This document shows positions 23,798 through 24,000 of a stretch of DNA of 24,000 nt, piece after piece (position 1 is the stretch's first letter; the number at the start of each line of letters is the position of its first letter). The position numbers and the translations under genes are program-made. Source of the DNA: an uncultured Methanosarcinales archaeon. GTDB taxonomy: Archaea; Nanobdellota; Nanobdellia; Woesearchaeales; UBA11576. The stretch is from NCBI GenBank assembly GCA_964563755.1, contig CAZLYC010000009.1, positions 42,624 to 66,623 on the forward strand, read 5' to 3'. Under the pieces are notes generated by a model. The model had not been told where the DNA came from. It saw only the letters and a program-made list of their open reading frames with translations, and made no database searches.

Positions 23798-24000
23798 ATG
23801 GGATGGTGGCAAAAGTTATCTAATCTATTCTCTGGGAATGAAGAGGTTGCTCTTCAAGAATCCGAAGCAGAGAAAGTGCCTGTCACGCAACTTGCAGGCT
23901 GGATAGAGAAGAAACTCAACTCTGAATTCGCTCAGGTCAAGCCTGAAATAGATTCGCAGTTCTCAACCATACTTGAGCAGAAACGCAACCTGCTCTCTAA
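23798..24000 (+). CDS. N-terminus of hypothetical protein, runs off the window
   Basis: MGWWQKLSNLFSGNEEVALQESEAEKVPVTQLAGWIEKKLNSEFAQVKPEIDSQFSTILEQKRNLLS...; open to window end, divergent from rnp4 with a TATA-like CTTTATAAA at 23767-23775 between. Confidence 0.75.
   Translation, partial: MGWWQKLSNLFSGNEEVALQESEAEKVPVTQLAGWIEKKLNSEFAQVKPEIDSQFSTILEQKRNLLS

Noticed and set aside
23637-23906. 89-aa plus-strand ORF spanning the rnp4 start
   Set aside because: Overlaps rnp4 and its promoter region; the better plus-strand candidate starts at 23798 in another frame.
1-24000. CRISPR arrays, defence islands, transposases or integrases
   Set aside because: No regularly spaced direct repeats and no cas, toxin-antitoxin, restriction, transposase or integrase ORFs recognised. 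The tRNA genes show no attachment-site duplication that I could see.

Overview
Archaeal chromosomal segment, probably from a small-genome, DPANN-like lineage. Archaeal markers are BHB-type tRNA splicing signals, a Hel308-family helicase, a Dph2 fragment, the RNase P Rpp21 subunit and TATA/BRE promoters. The left 11 kb is a purine biosynthesis cluster on the minus strand: purB, purA fused to a HAD domain, purM, purS-like/purL, purQ, purD and a purN-like gene cut by the window edge. To its right are an N-terminally truncated Hel308-like helicase, two tandem P-loop deoxynucleoside kinase-like genes, tRNA-Asn(GTT), tRNA-Ile(GAT), a membrane protein, a large zinc-ribbon/TM/cysteine-rich surface protein, a truncated dph2 remnant, a 676-aa orphan with apparent internal repeats, a coiled-coil membrane protein, rnp4, and the start of a plus-strand CDS. 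The most interesting observations are: (1) a 21-nt BHB-type intron in the D-loop of tRNA-Ile(GAT); (2) a Hel308-like gene lacking the whole ATP-binding RecA1 domain but with its own promoter-like sequence; (3) a dph2 fragment that stops after the first cluster cysteine; (4) a PurA-HAD fusion next to a PurB with a C-terminal extension resembling a degenerate HAD; (5) five imperfect ~120-150 aa repeats in the 676-aa orphan; (6) structured inverted-repeat DNA beside the dph2 remnant. No CRISPR array, rRNA or clear mobile element was seen.
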